Assembly (NCBI GenBank): GCA_026023565.1
Contig: JAPETS010000048.1
Coordinates: 62,001 to 126,000, forward strand
DNA length: 64,000 bases
Direction of reading: 5' to 3'
Origin: Cirrosporium novae-zelandiae
Taxonomy: Eukaryota
Part shown: positions 40,994-54,500 of the stretch, one piece after another
Layout: each line of letters starts with the position of its first letter
Numbering within the stretch: the stretch's first letter is position 1
Made by a program: the position numbers and the translations under genes
Notes under the pieces: generated by a model
Told to the model about the DNA's origin: nothing
Seen by the model: only the letters and a program-made list of their open reading frames with translations
Databases searched by the model: none

Positions 40994-43565
40994 TCAAACC
41001 CTATCCTTATCAACCCAACTTTTCAAATTAATCGTATTCAACGTTTCCGAACCATCGAGTCTAGATAGCACGCCCGCAAAAGCGCGCATGTATTCGTTTG
41101 CTCGACGGGCTTCTTTGCTGTCGGGGCCGTAGGGACAGGCTAGGAGGGTTGCGGCTACGTCGCGGATTTTGTGGGTCTGTGAGGAAAGAGGGGGGGGGGA
41201 TGTTGAGTTGGGTGCTTTTTTTATATATTTTTGTTTTTGGGGGATGGGGGGACTGGAGGGGTAGGGTGGGGTGAGTGAGACTTACTAGGTGATTCCCATT
41301 CGGCTCGAGATAGACATGCGGGGCATCGTGAAGGATATGGAGGAGCTGGCGACAGATATCTTCGCGTTCGTTCCAGAGGGCTTGAATTTTTTCCTCCGAT
41401 TGAGATGCGCTGCTTGTGGTGGTGATGGCGGTGGAAGGGGTATTGGTCAAAGGCGCGCCGTCCGGATCGACGGCGCTTTCTAACGTGTTGACTTGCTCAA
41501 AGAGGACGCTTTGGAGCCAGAGATGCGTGACGTGGATGTTGATGCGCATGGATTCGAATTGTGCTTCTAGAACTTTTGGGCTTGGGATGGTGGCACGGGC
41601 GCACATGAGATCTAGGGAGGATATGCCGACATCTATGTCGTAGCAGGAGGTGCAGTGGGGATCGCCACAGCCAGTACCATGGCAGTTGATACCGCCGCGA
41701 CGAACACTACGACGAGAACCACGACTAACACTAGTATTGATACCTGCATTAGTATCTGCGCCAACATCAGCACCAATGTCAGTATTAATACTAGCACTGA
41801 TATCGGCGTCGATGTCGTAGCAACTGGTACAATCCGGATCACCGCAGCCAACACCACGACAATTAATGCCACCACGACGAACATCACGACGACCACTACG
41901 ACTAATACCAGCACCAACAACATCAGTACCAACACCATCATCAATACCGGCATCAATACCAACACTGCTGCTCTCGCCGTTCCTTGTCACTTTCCATTGG
42001 CGGAAGGGCTCGGGAATCTGGTCGATGACGTATTTGACATTGTGAAGACGTTCTTTAAGGTCTACAAGGCGGTGATTGTGCTGGGATAGGCCCGTGAAGC
42101 TACAATATTCCTCAACTCCAGCAAGGGACTCTCTCTCGGGAGAGGGGTAAGCCGAGGAGATGCTTGCCCAGAAGACGCGAGAGTTGATGTTGAATCCGAT
42201 AGTTAGGGAGAGCTGCGTCTCGGGTTGAGGGAGAATTCGGCCCTCGTGAATGTATTCATCGTCCACTTCGATTGGCATCAATTCATGAAGCTTAATGGTC
42301 TGCAGGATCGTTGCGTCGAGAAAATTGAGCTTTTCTTTCCTAAGGTTTTGTAGCTGGGCGTGTCTAGTTGAAGAATGTCGAATTAGACGATTGGTATAAA
42401 TTGGAGGATACCATTTTTAGAGAAAACTTACACATAGCCATAGAACGTCAACCAGAACGCCTTTTTACGGAGTTGAACTTCAATGCAATTCAGCCCATCA
42501 TAACTGGAGATATGATGCAAATCCAATAGACGTGCAAGCTGCATAGCCTCTACCTCTAGCATACGTGACCGGTTGTGCTGACCGATCTGAAAACATGCCA
42601 AGTACAGCAAAAAGGACACACTCCATTTGTTGAAGCTAATTTCGTCAAAATAGCTAGGACTACGCGCATGCACGATCATGTCACAGCAGAAGTGCACCAT
42701 TGCAGTTCGTGTTTGAAAACGCAGGGGGGTGCTGCAGGTTCGATATTCCTGGAATTTCCGGGGGATCGTTGCCACCAGCGCAGCGCATAGAGCTATGATT
42801 AAGCTCAAGAAATCAGCATCATACGAATCCCGATATCGTGTTAGATCTTGCCGAAACGACGGGCGGTGAACTACGGGAACCATTGGGTACAAAAGTTCAA
42901 GATAATCGTTGAGCATGCGGTCTATCAGTGGTCGAGGGCACAGTCGATCACTAGAATAGCGTGGCGTAAAACGATCCGAGTGCGAATCCAGGGTCGACCC
43001 GGATGGGTAGCTAAAGTGCTGACTCTCTGGCGTTCCAGCGCTCATTGGCTCCGTGGACATAGCATGCTGGCCAGGACTATTATTGTTTGCTGCACGTTTC
43101 ATGGCTTTGTTTAGGGTTGGGTATCTTGAAACTTCATCGTTCCGCAATATTGGGTGAAGCGAAATATAATCTCGCAGACGGGGTAAAGCTGAAGTCTGAT
43201 CATGAGATGATGAGGAATGCCCATGGTTATCGGCCAGCGTTGCCGCGGACCTGGGAAACGACGTCAGTGGTTGATTTATATTAGGATGAAGATATCGTTA
43301 CATACCGCTTCCGGGGACCACGGGCTTTCACTGGTCGATCAAACGTGCATCGCAGGTTTAGAGTAGCACATCTTTGACATGGAGATGGTAGTGGCGATAA
43401 TGGTGTACCTGGCGATTGCGGAGAAACCGGGGAATGACCCCTGGAGACACTTCTGCTAAGCGGCATACATCGCGTTTTTCTTGCACGACAAGCATCACAT
43501 GCTCGTCGAGCAGGACTGAGTGGCGATACATGGCTAGAACGACGATTCAGTCTGGGTGAGTACAT
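40994..43565 (-). CDS. Zn(II)2Cys6 transcription factor with a fungal middle-homology region
   Basis: Exons 43565-43306, 43250-42432, 42363-41286 and 41176-40994. Zinc cluster ACDACRARKTRC..PCQRCATLNLRC; MHR motifs YPMVPVVHRPSF and EVQLRKKAFW; ends KSWVDKDRV*. Confidence 0.9.
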
Positions 43566-44122
43566 GGATCAATGCTGGGGCTGCCCATTGGGATGAAAGC
43601 TAAAATTGGGGTGCGGAGAATTGGGGTAGATAGGCGGAGAATTGGGGAATGGGCGGAGATATATAAGGTGTCCTGTTAGTGGTGTGTTAGTGGTGTGTTA
43701 GTGGCTTGAGATGGAGGAACGCGGAGAAATAGGAAGAGCTTACCCCAGCTGCCCAAGAACCAATTTTGCACGTGGAATCAGGATCTTGGGAATTAATTAT
43801 TTTCTTTCTCGTATTCGCAATAACCCAAGAAAAAAGGGCTGAAAGTCAACGGTAAACTTTAAATATAAAGCAGGCTTGTTGGCCATCGTATGACTAGAGA
43901 AACATATATATTATATCTTGAGTATTCACTTCTAGACATCCAATTCTTCTCCAGAGTAGAGTTTCAAAAATGATCAGGTCAGGTTGGGTTGGCAGGGATC
44001 TTAATTATTCGCGATTTTGGTCCCCACCGCTGTTCATTTTAAAGAGTGATCGTGACTTTTGTGGTTGTGGTTGTGGTTCTGAAAGTTGAGGTGCAAGCTG
44101 CAGCTAGTCGCTAGTTTAGCAC

Positions 44123-44237
44123 GTGCTATGCTGTGCTATGCTGTGCTATGCTGTGCTATGCTGTGCTATGCTGTGCTATGCTGTGCTATGCTGTGCTATG
44201 CTGTGCTATGCTGTGCTATGCTGTGCTATGCTGTGCT
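44123..44237. repeat. Perfect 10-bp minisatellite (GTGCTATGCT) x~11.5
   Basis: Directly visible, between the divergent TF and dehydrogenase genes. Confidence 0.95.
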
Positions 44238-44552
44238 TCTTATCTAATCTATACACAGCTAGGGTTAGATATTGCAGGTGATTTATGGTAATCCATGACA
44301 GTAATTTGATTCCTAGAGTCCTTTCGGACCTTGGCGGACCCCTCCAAGGCATTCCACCAATCTAAGTCTTTATAGAGGTCCATGGTTCTTATCGTTATCT
44401 ATCCATGTCCGACAAGGGCTTGTCAGTATCATCTATCAAGAGTTTAATTATTTAATATAAATGTTAAGCCATCTTATTTGAAGATGATGATTGTTTCTTT
44501 GTCTCGTATATCTTGAACTTTTTTCATTAGTGTCAATAATTGTCTTGTCATT

Positions 44553-45893
44553 ATGTCGCCTGCGACAACATTCCCAGATAAGCCCAAGGTTCTCTCCTTG
44601 GGTTATCCAACTTATGCTGGCGAGGAGTACATGAAGGACTTCGAAGAGAAAGTCGACCTCCATGTAAAGTACTCCTCCACATTTGACATGCATACAAGCT
44701 TTCAATCAATTGCAGCACCTGCTAAGTTTTGAATCAATTTTTGTAATAGATACTCAAAGCCAGTGATCGCAAAGGCACAATCGCAGCTGTAGCCGCCAAA
44801 GTAGCCACGGATGGTCCCTTTGACGTTCTCATGGTGCTCATGGGATATATGGGCTATATGCCCTTTGATGTATGTCCGTAGTCTAACCTATTCATCCCAG
44901 ACATATTCGTCCCGACTGTCTAGAATAGCTAGCGAGCTCATTACCAACCCTCTTGCATACAGGCCGAATTTCTCTCACCACTCCTTCCCCATCTTAAACT
45001 CGTAGTCTGCGCCTCCGCAGGCTACAATGAGTTCGACATCGACTGGATGACTCGTAACGGAATCTATTTCTGTAACACCAGAAACGCAGTTTCAGAAGCA
45101 ACGGCCGATATGGCAATATTCCTGATGTTAGCTGTACTGAGGGATACCACTAGGCTAGAGAAATGTTTAAGAGAGAGAATATGGAGAGGGGGATTGGCAC
45201 CAACAAGGGACCCATCGGGTTTGGTGTTAGGGATTGTGGGAATGGGGAGTATTGGGAAGGTATAACAAGTCCTGCCCTGCTTTGCTGATTGCGTCGTTGC
45301 AATTTATTCCCCGGGTTGATCGTTGTGCTACGGGTATACAGCATATTGCCCGAAAAGCCGCAGTCTTTAATATGAAAGTGAAATATTACAACCGCACCCG
45401 CCTCCTGCCGAAAGACGAACAAATATATCAGGCCACATACACTTCTTCTTTGGAAGAACTTCTCCGATCTGCAGACGTGGTCTCGTTAAGTTGCCCACTC
45501 AATGAGAAGACAGCAGGCATGATTGGTGCAAAGGAATTCGCCCAGATGAAAGATGGGGTTTTCCTGATAAATACATCCCGTGGAGCTGTTATAGACGAGG
45601 ACGCCTTAATTGAGGCTTTGGAGAGTGGGAAGGTGGAAAAGGCAGGATTGGATGTCTTTCATAACGAGCCCAAAATTAAGTATGTTCCTTTCTGGTCGTG
45701 TTCTAGGCTGTGGATATTTGTTGCTGACAGTACATCTAGTCCTTATTTCATCAACAGCGATAGATGCATCCTTCAACCCCACATGGGTGGCTTGACAGAC
45801 ATTGCATGGAAGAAGGCGTACCAGGAAAACATGGAAAACATCAAAGCCCTTTTTGCTACAGGAAGGCCCATCGCACCTGTTAACAGTATTTAG
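44553..45893 (+). CDS. D-isomer-specific 2-hydroxyacid dehydrogenase (glyoxylate reductase/D-mandelate DH-like)
   Basis: ATG at 44553 and four introns (~44664-44749, ~44869-44961, ~45260-45341, ~45680-45739). Motifs: SAGYN, GIVGMGSIG, INTSRG, GLDVFHNEP, QPHMGG. Confidence 0.9.
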
Positions 45894-46533
45894 AACCTTG
45901 CATGTTGGATGGATATTTCCCGAAACAGACAGCTATAGAAGATAATATTGATATGAATAATAACATTCTGTTTTCCTAATACAATCCTAACGAGCTTCGA
46001 TAGCCACTCCAATATAGGTATTGTAATATCGATAATAAGCTGATCCTCAACCTGGGGGAGGCGATTCTGCCCCACAAACAAAAGATGAAAAATATATGTC
46101 CATAGACTTAAGTGATGTAGACGATTTGTTTTGAAGTTGGAGTTGCCCGCACTAACGTAAATTTAATGGATTCAGATATGAATTGCGGTAAGCTTGTGCA
46201 ACCATGTCTATCCACCACGTCATTATCCTGAACCAAAAATTAGCCCTAGGGACTGGAAATGGATGAAGCAACATGGGAAGGGCCAAAACCAAGAATGGGG
46301 ATTTATAGAGCCCAAGTACCCAACCCTCCATACCATGGAAATACTGGCGTCTGGAACAAATGTGAATCAGGAGAACGAACAGAGGATTGGGTTTAGTCAT
46401 ATATTTCATAGAAGCGAGCGAAGGCTCAAGGACGAGACACTTCTCAGAATATCGCTTCCTCGGAGGGATTTTAACCATCACGGTAGTCGTGGCGAAAGGA
46501 TTGAAGGAAATCTATATATAAAAAAGGAATCGT

Positions 46534-47673
46534 TCAAGTCTCGAAGGTCTTTCGTTGCCCCCAACCCCACCGCTTTCTGATGTTTCGTCGTTTTTCACCA
46601 GCAGCAACCATATCCACATCTCCAGCAATACCACCCGAATAAGCTTTGCTGCTTCCTCTCTTCCTGCCCGTCCTAACATCTCGTCTGCTGGCGCAGCAGC
46701 AGCACATGCTTGTTTGTACGAGCCAAGCAACAATCGAAAAGCCCGCGGCGATCCACATGAAAGCAAACATTTCAGTCCCTAGGCTAGGCTTTACGTTGAA
46801 AGATGCTATTCCAGAGGCGGTTTCAAAAACGTTGCAGAAAATAACAAACATGACGGTTGCTGCAAGAAAAAGTCATTAGCAATTACTCTAGGGGTGTACA
46901 GATTCTAGCATTGATCCAAATACTGGGCTGATCATTTGTGAAAATTCAGACATACCTATAATTACCGCCACCGTAGTTGTCAGGGCTGCCAGAAAACAGA
47001 GGATAGCAATTGGCAAGCTAGCCCAACGGGTATAGACGGACAAGGGGGTTAAGAAAATGGCAACGAAGGATAGCACAGTGCCAACTATAAAGAAGCCAAA
47101 CATCCAATGGGATGCTATGCGGACAAGACCCAGAGCAGCAGTCACATTAGAGGGGAGAGCAATACTTGCTCCAGCGAGTAGTTCATTGAGGATAATAGTC
47201 ACTGGGTCAAACCAGTACATTGTCTTAGGTGTACCACAATTTGTCACTCCATCGGAATTGTATCCTTCACAAAAGTTCCATAATCCAACCTGGTAAAAGT
47301 CATGTAGGCCGATTGTTTGGGCTATACTGTTTATCAAGACGGCATTTGGAACGCTGAGTGGGACAATATTGCTGAGGTCGATTTTCAAGAAATATATCTT
47401 TTCCAGGATAGGATGTTTGTGGGTGCTGCCAACCAGAACCAGGATCAGGAAAACGACAGTTACTAAGAAGAAAAAGGACGAGAGTAGGGAGAATATTCGA
47501 CGAGTCCGAGTGGCTCGTTTGATTTGGGTTGGTTCGAGAGACGGCGTTTGATTTTGAGAGGATTGGGAGGATTCGAGTGGTTTTTCCGTTGGCGGAGTCG
47601 TGTTTTGTGATACTGAAGAGTGTTCAGACTTGTCTAGAGAAGAAGTCTTGGAGCGATGAGAAAGGTTGGCCAT
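46534..47673 (-). CDS. SUR7/PalI-family tetraspan membrane protein
   Basis: Intron 46955-46860. Claudin-like motif YQVGLWNFCEG..C, four TM helices and a C-terminal CCCASRR. Confidence 0.88.
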
Positions 47674-48574
47674 GATGATATTTTGGAAGCCCTTGCGCTA
47701 TTATGGTTATATCGGGCCTTCAAGGTCAACTGGAAGGAATCTGTTGGTAGGCCTGGGACCTTGGAAGAAAGAGAATTAATTAATGAAAGTAGAAATGACA
47801 AAGCATATCCACAAGAACTGCAGTAACAAGCCGTAGTCAAAGTGGATAAAAGCAAGAAGAAAAGATAGATAATGTATGGTGTATAGAATGAAGAAAATGA
47901 TGATGTTTACGACATGGTTTCGTTGGAAGAAGTGGGTTATTATCCTAGGGACAAAAGTAGGTCAATGGAAGATACAGATTTGTGGAAGCTCATTCGACAG
48001 TTGATTCAAGCTTTGAAGCTTCTCTTTCGATGCCCGAATACTTAGGATGATGGTGGGACTTTTTTTGGAAGGACGGCAGGATCAACGCGCGGCGACCGGG
48101 TACAGCGGCGGTTCGGATTCCTGTGACTCTGTGAGCGCATACTGAGACATCCATCAACACTAACAACATTAGCCTTAGGGTCAATTATCCACTTTGCATC
48201 AACTCCAATTTCTCATTGTTTCCTTTTCTGCTGTTAAACTGTTGCCTCAGCGATACGGAGGAACAATAGGGGTAAATTTGTATAATTTAGAAAATGATAC
48301 TTGAGTAATATATGAGAGGAGATAGACTTGGCATGTATGGAGGGAAGGTGTGTATATTATTATACTTAGGTACTGTACATTTAGTACGCTGGTAATTTCT
48401 CTACTTGTGGTTAGGTATTGTCGAAATGGGTACTTAGATACGGTACAGTACATATATATAGATGAGAAAGGTGAAGGCCGGCTATTTCCGAATGGACTCC
48501 CAACCCGGTAAAACAGCCCTAAGAGAAATGGCTTAGACTACCAAGTTTAACTCGAGTACCAATGGAAGGCCACA

Positions 48575-48652
48575 GGGAACCCACAAGGAACCCACAAGGA
48601 ACCCACAAGGAACCCACAAGGAACCCACAGGAAACCCAAAGGAACCCCCAAA
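48575..48652. repeat. 11-bp tandem repeat (GGAACCCACAA) x~7, degenerating toward the 3' end
   Basis: Directly visible. Confidence 0.9.
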
Positions 48653-49419
48653 GAAAAGGCTTCGCTAGGCTTCGCTGCGCCACGTCAAAAGGCCCCTCCC
48701 ACCCTTTACAAGGAAACGCCAAAATCCAAAAAAAAAACCGTTCCTGGACGTCATTGTAGCCATCTTAGCCATCTCCTGCAGCCTTTCTTGTAGCCCCATT
48801 GTGCTTCAGCAGCCTCAATCTCAATTATGATTTGGTTTGATTCGGAAAACTTCAAAGCTTTCGCTTTTACTGCTCACTAAAACTGTGCTAATAATTTAGA
48901 ACGGCCTGTTATTATCCGAACAAACAGAGAGGGTCTCCCTACAACGCCCCGGGAGTCCTGGCGCCTTTCTACTTCGTAATAGGAAACCTCACTCTTTTAT
49001 CGCGACAAGAGATTTGTCTACTTGCCAGTGTAAACTTTTCCTTTTACTCCAGTCAACTCTCTTCATTTGATAATAATCTCCAATCAACCTCAGGTCACCT
49101 ACCTCCTTTGAATAAGGACCCACTCTCGCTGCCTGTCCTTGATATTTGATCTACTACTTTTTGATTCTCTAATCATCATTAAACCCAACAAGCTTAACTA
49201 CGCCATTCTCTCAATCCCATCATTATTACTTTGTCCCCAGAGTAGCTTCTAGAGACTAGATTTCCAGTTCATGCTTAATCCCCCCCCCCCCATCTCTTCT
49301 CCTCGGCTGTAGTCCCGAGCTACTCTTTTTACCTTATATACATCCTTACTTTTCCAATCCGATTGTAGGCAACCAGGACTGGACAGTCACAGGCCCCCTA
49401 CTGTCTTTCTTCAGTCGAG

Positions 49420-50988
49420 ATGCTGCTTCGATTCCTACCTATATTATGCCTTCTGGTTCTCCAGGGATATGCAGCAGTAAAAGATACCGATGAATCCACC
49501 ACCGTTCTATCCGGTACATCAATTGCAAATGATGGAGGCGACTTGGTTCCAACCAGCGGAGTCACCTATCTCAGTTATACATCCACCATTACGCTGACGA
49601 ATACTAAAAAAACCAAGACCAAGACCAAGAAGAAGACTACAACTACCACTGGATCCACGAGCGATGATTTTAGTAGTATGGCTGCTGCCAACTCCTCCAC
49701 CACAACCACCAAGAAGAAGACCACCACTACTCCTTCAGTCACGGTGCTTTCTGGGCACCACAAGACAACCAGTACTTCAACAGCCCACAATGGAACAATG
49801 ACTACCAACAATGGAACATCCACCACCACATCTACTACCACAACGCCCCTCAATACTCAGCCATGCAATAACTATCCCGAGTTTTGTATACGGAAATATA
49901 GTAACATCACCGAGGTTGGAACACATAATAGTCCATTCGTGAGGGCTTCCAATGCCGCCGCCAACCAAGAACTAGATGTGACCACCCAATTGGATGATGG
50001 CATAAGAATGCGTATGCTCCCCGCATAGGTTTTGGATGCTGGAATTATGAATGCTAACAATCTTCTAGTTCAAGGTCAAACACATCTCGTCAATGGCACG
50101 GTATACTTTTGCCATACCTCCTGCGATATCCTTAATGCCGGGACAGCTGAGAGCTATTTTACCAAAGTCGCGTCATGGGTGGCAACCCATCCTTACGACG
50201 TGGTGACATTATTAATTGCGAATGGAGGTTATATTAAAGTGACCAACTTCACCCAACCACTTATAGATAGCGGACTAGAAAAATATGCATATACTCCGCC
50301 TAAAATTCCCATGGTATATATTCTCCTTCAACTCCTCGTATCGCAATGTTGGCTAACATATGTAGGGAATTGACGACTGGCCCATTCTTTCCGAACTGAT
50401 CTTAAATGGCCGCCGAGTTGTGATTTTCATGGACTATCAAGCCAACCAGACTGAAGTGCCTTATATTCTCGACGAGTTCTCCCAAGTATGGGAAACGCCT
50501 TTCGATCCGACAAACCGATCTTTCCCTTGCACCGTCCAAAGGCCACCAAAGATCAAGGAAAAGGGTGCCAAGGAGAGGATGTATCTCATGAATCATAACT
50601 TGAATACGGATATTACAATAGCAGGGATTGAAATTTTGGTTCCAAATCTAGTGGAAATGAATATAACAAACAATGTGACGGGATATGGTAGTCTCGGAGT
50701 GAGCACGAATAATTGTGTTGGTAAGTTTTGTGTCCTACTCTCGGGCATGCTCGATAGACTAATTCGTCTATTTCTGTAGATGATTGGAGTGTTCCTCCAA
50801 ACTTTCTTCTGGTAGACTACTATAATATTGGGGACGGCTCTGTATTTGAAGTCGCTGCCCAGCATAACAACGTCACCTACACCTCCAAATGCTGCGGTCT
50901 TGCCCAATCTGCCGCAATACGGTTAGTGAAGTCGAATGTGCTGGGCACAGCAGCCTGGGCTTTGGCTTTAATGGTGGTGCTGGCATAA
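49420..50988 (+). CDS. Secreted, probably GPI-anchored PI-PLC-like phosphodiesterase with a Thr-rich N-terminal stalk
   Basis: Signal peptide; introns 50012-50068, 50314-50365 and 50721-50780. Motifs: CNNYPEFC..HNSPF..NQ..QLDDGIRMLQGQTH, CHTSC, WETPF, PNFLLVDYY; hydrophobic C-terminus. Confidence 0.87.
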
Positions 50989-53900
50989 TCATGAATGCAC
51001 GACTGTACGATCCATGGATGATACGGGTAGACAAAATTTGTTCATATGGGATGGCTATTCTTTGGGCATTATATTCGGGTAAGCATAGCATGGCGTTTTG
51101 TTGGTGTGGCTTCTTAAGTGAGCTGGCTCAGAATGTCGAAGCAGGGGAAGAGGAGGTATATTATTACAGCAGATTAGACGGAATTTTACTGTTTATAAAG
51201 ACAATATTTAATCAGGTACCAGAGGACCTTGATATTGAACTAGACAATCGCGCTCTATTTTCACGTGCACTCGACTTGTCTGGTGTTGAGGTTTCAGGCC
51301 TTGGAAATAAATTTCTAGTCCAGACTTCATTATACTCTTCACCGCGAGATTCCTTCGATGTTGCCAAAAATCTCCTGTTTCATCATTTCTCTCTATCACC
51401 AACATCCCAATTTGACTCGGGTAATCTACAGCATGATTGTCGATTTCTCAAACTCTCTCAGCGTGTGATCAAACTATCCACAGCTCGCCTCTCTTCCTTT
51501 TCGTTGGATGGTTCACTCGGATTACATATCATCGCGACGGCATCCATCGCCTATGTTGTACTATCTAACCACAACCTCGGCCACCATAGACTGCAGGAGC
51601 GCCAAAGTTTCAATGAAGCTCTTTAGTGTTTAAAAGCGCATGCTTTTCGGGAACCTTGGGCCGAGGGAAATATCCCGCAGCAAGCATTCGTCTTACGAAC
51701 CCAGTAAGTCAATCCAATCCCTACCCTCAAAGTCTACAAACAACGTACGCAGCATCTTTACCTATCTATCCATCTATCTAAATATTTCATTCTTAAAGCA
51801 CATACTCTCATTTCCATTTTCATCCTCATGTCCCAGAAATGAATGCGCCAATAGTCTTCCTACTTGCGCGGTAAACAACATTGAATGGGTTAGGGCTATT
51901 GTAGCTGCTATGTATAGACATGGACATGGCTATACTTAGTATTAATATTACAGCAACGTCCATCTGACCTATGTTGAGCCAACAACGGTGTGCTTGTTCT
52001 ACTTATTCCCATCTCATCTCGTCTCGTCTCACCTCCCTTTATTTATACCTATGCCCATGCCCGTTTTGTTACGATTTCTTATGAAAAACTTGCTTGGTTC
52101 TCATTTTGGGTGTGCTCTTTAGGCCTATTTATGCTACTTTACAGGTGCTTCGTTACTTCTCTAATCCGTCTTTCCTTCCCAATCGTAACAACATCCCCCC
52201 CTTTCCGAAAAACCTCAATGTCCTTATTGATTTGTTTTTTAGTTTCTTTATTCCACTATGGGCGATCCTAAAACCAGTCCTCGTAATCCAGCTCTATCTA
52301 GTGAGTAGCAAATTCCGACTGGCATCTAAATGAAGACGGACGGGTCAAATCTATCGACTGTTTTAGTGACTGGAGGAAGCTGAATAAGGGTGGAGCTTGG
52401 TTAACCCAACCCAACATAGTCGAAGGTGCTGTATAACAATACCGTAGCTTCGAGTACAGAAAGCTTCAGCCAAGAGTCCAGAAAGCATTCATCATAGTGT
52501 CAAGTACCCGGGACCTGAGTTAAGGACATCTCAGCTATTTCTCCCGTCTGGCATATAATTCAAACTCGTAATTCAAACTCCTTCCAACCCAATCTTTCTA
52601 GCACCCCCCCACAGCCCTACCCCTTTCCTAGTTTACCTTCCCAATCCCATTGATTACGCAAGCAGCGAAGTTCTTTACCCTTTCTCTTTGCATGTCCCAT
52701 TCATGACTGCTTAGGCTCAAGTTAAGTTATAATACCCGGTGTGTGGTAGGTAGGGGGGGGCACAATGAGTGAGGTGTAACGTAGATGATTTTTGAACCAA
52801 AGGTCACTCAAAGCATAACCAGTTGGAATAATGTCATCAGTCAAAAAGGGTCTGGGCTCACCCATGGACTAGAGGATGCTCCAGGCAGGTTTCCTCAACG
52901 GGAAGGCTCAACCCTCGACAGGTATTCGAATACAATAAGTAACCGGTTTGAGATAAGATGAAATAACATGAAAGAAGTGAAGTTAAAGCAGTTGAAGTAA
53001 AATTAATCAAACATGGATAAAAGTGGGTGTAGTGAGCCATCGAACCCATTATATCCACATATGTGTACGGAATGATAGCCCCGAGGAGATTATAATCGAG
53101 GGTGTGATATAGAGTAAATACTGTAAGATCAACAATAAATAGAAGAAAAGAAGAAGAAGAGATTCCCCCCCCCAGCCCTCAGCCCCACCACCCCCTTGAA
53201 AAGAAAAAACGCCAAACAAACCCCCCCCCCCCAAAAAAACTAACCACCCCTCTGCTAGAGACATCCTTTGTATTCTCCAGTATTTCCATCTCTACTCCAA
53301 ATTCAGATTTTGAAAAAACGGGGGGATGCACTCATAACCCACCAAGCTCTCTAGTAGATTTTTGTACAGTACATGTGTACATGTACCATCCTCTAAAAAA
53401 AATCAATAAAAAAACCAAAAAAATATACTTCAATGCCAAAATTATACAAATCCAAAAAAAAAAAATGAATTTCAGAGTATGCATAACCAGTTAGGTGCCT
53501 GACATCTTCAGGATCTCGAAAATTAAAGAGTAAAATTCCTTTTATATGGTTAGAAAGTGTTGTTATTATTATGATGGTCATCATGCATATATGATTTAAA
53601 TGAATTTTTCGACAAGGAAGGTCCACGGAAGCGGATATATATAGATGCATAAACATAATCTATCGGAAATGGGTACCGATGTAATGTAAATGTATAAGTA
53701 GGTGGGTGGTATAGGTATAGGTATAGGTTGGTGCTGAACGAACGAAAAAGTCTACCCACCCACAGAACAGGAGCAGAGCAGAATAGAGCAAAGCAGACCA
53801 TATTCCATCAACCAACATTCGTTCTCTGTGTTCGCAAACCCAACCAATCCAACCCCCTCCCCACCACATTCTCATAAAAAGGAAATATAAATTCCAAATA

Positions 53901-54500
53901 TCCCAAATGATCACCCCCAAACTAATAAATAATTCCCACTACTATCTGAATTTTCTTATCGCCTAGGCTAGATCAGGTTTTTTGTCGTCGGTCGATTGAA
54001 TCTTTCGGCGCCCAGAAAGAGAACGCAAGTGTAACTGCCATGTTAAGATTCTCTTTTTTGGTGTGATGGGGAGGGGGGGGGGGGAATACAGGGGAAATGG
54101 GAAGGCGATGAGATATGAAGGGGATGGGGTGTATAAATAGTGTGGAGATGGGGGTTGGTTGTTATTTAGGAGGTAGATGACGGTGGTGACGGTGATAGAG
54201 ATGGTGATGGTAGTGGGGGGGGTTGAAAATTTCGCAGTAGTTGTGAGTGGTGGGATTTGGGAGAGTAAGTAAGTATGTAAGTGTGGAATGTATGTAATGT
54301 AGAATAATGGTGGAAAGAAAGAAGCTATCACGCCCCCCCCCCAAACCCCCTCTCTCCATCCCCGTCACCCTTTTCCCAAAAGAAAAAAAGCAGGAAACTG
54401 CCACAAATCCAATCGAATGGATATGTTCATATATGTCCACCTCTCTATCCATCAAAGGACATTGATAACATTATATACAGTACAGCCCCCTTTTTAGCCG

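Noticed and set aside
41655..42089. Thr/Asn-rich mucin-like plus-strand ORF
   Set aside because: Antisense reading of the TF repeat insert; no signal peptide or independent gene structure.
44123..44237. CRISPR-like array
   Set aside because: Eukaryotic context, no spacers; this is a simple minisatellite.
50889..51626. 245-aa ORF overlapping the end of the PLC-like gene
   Set aside because: Overlaps the real last exon in another frame and has no recognisable motifs.
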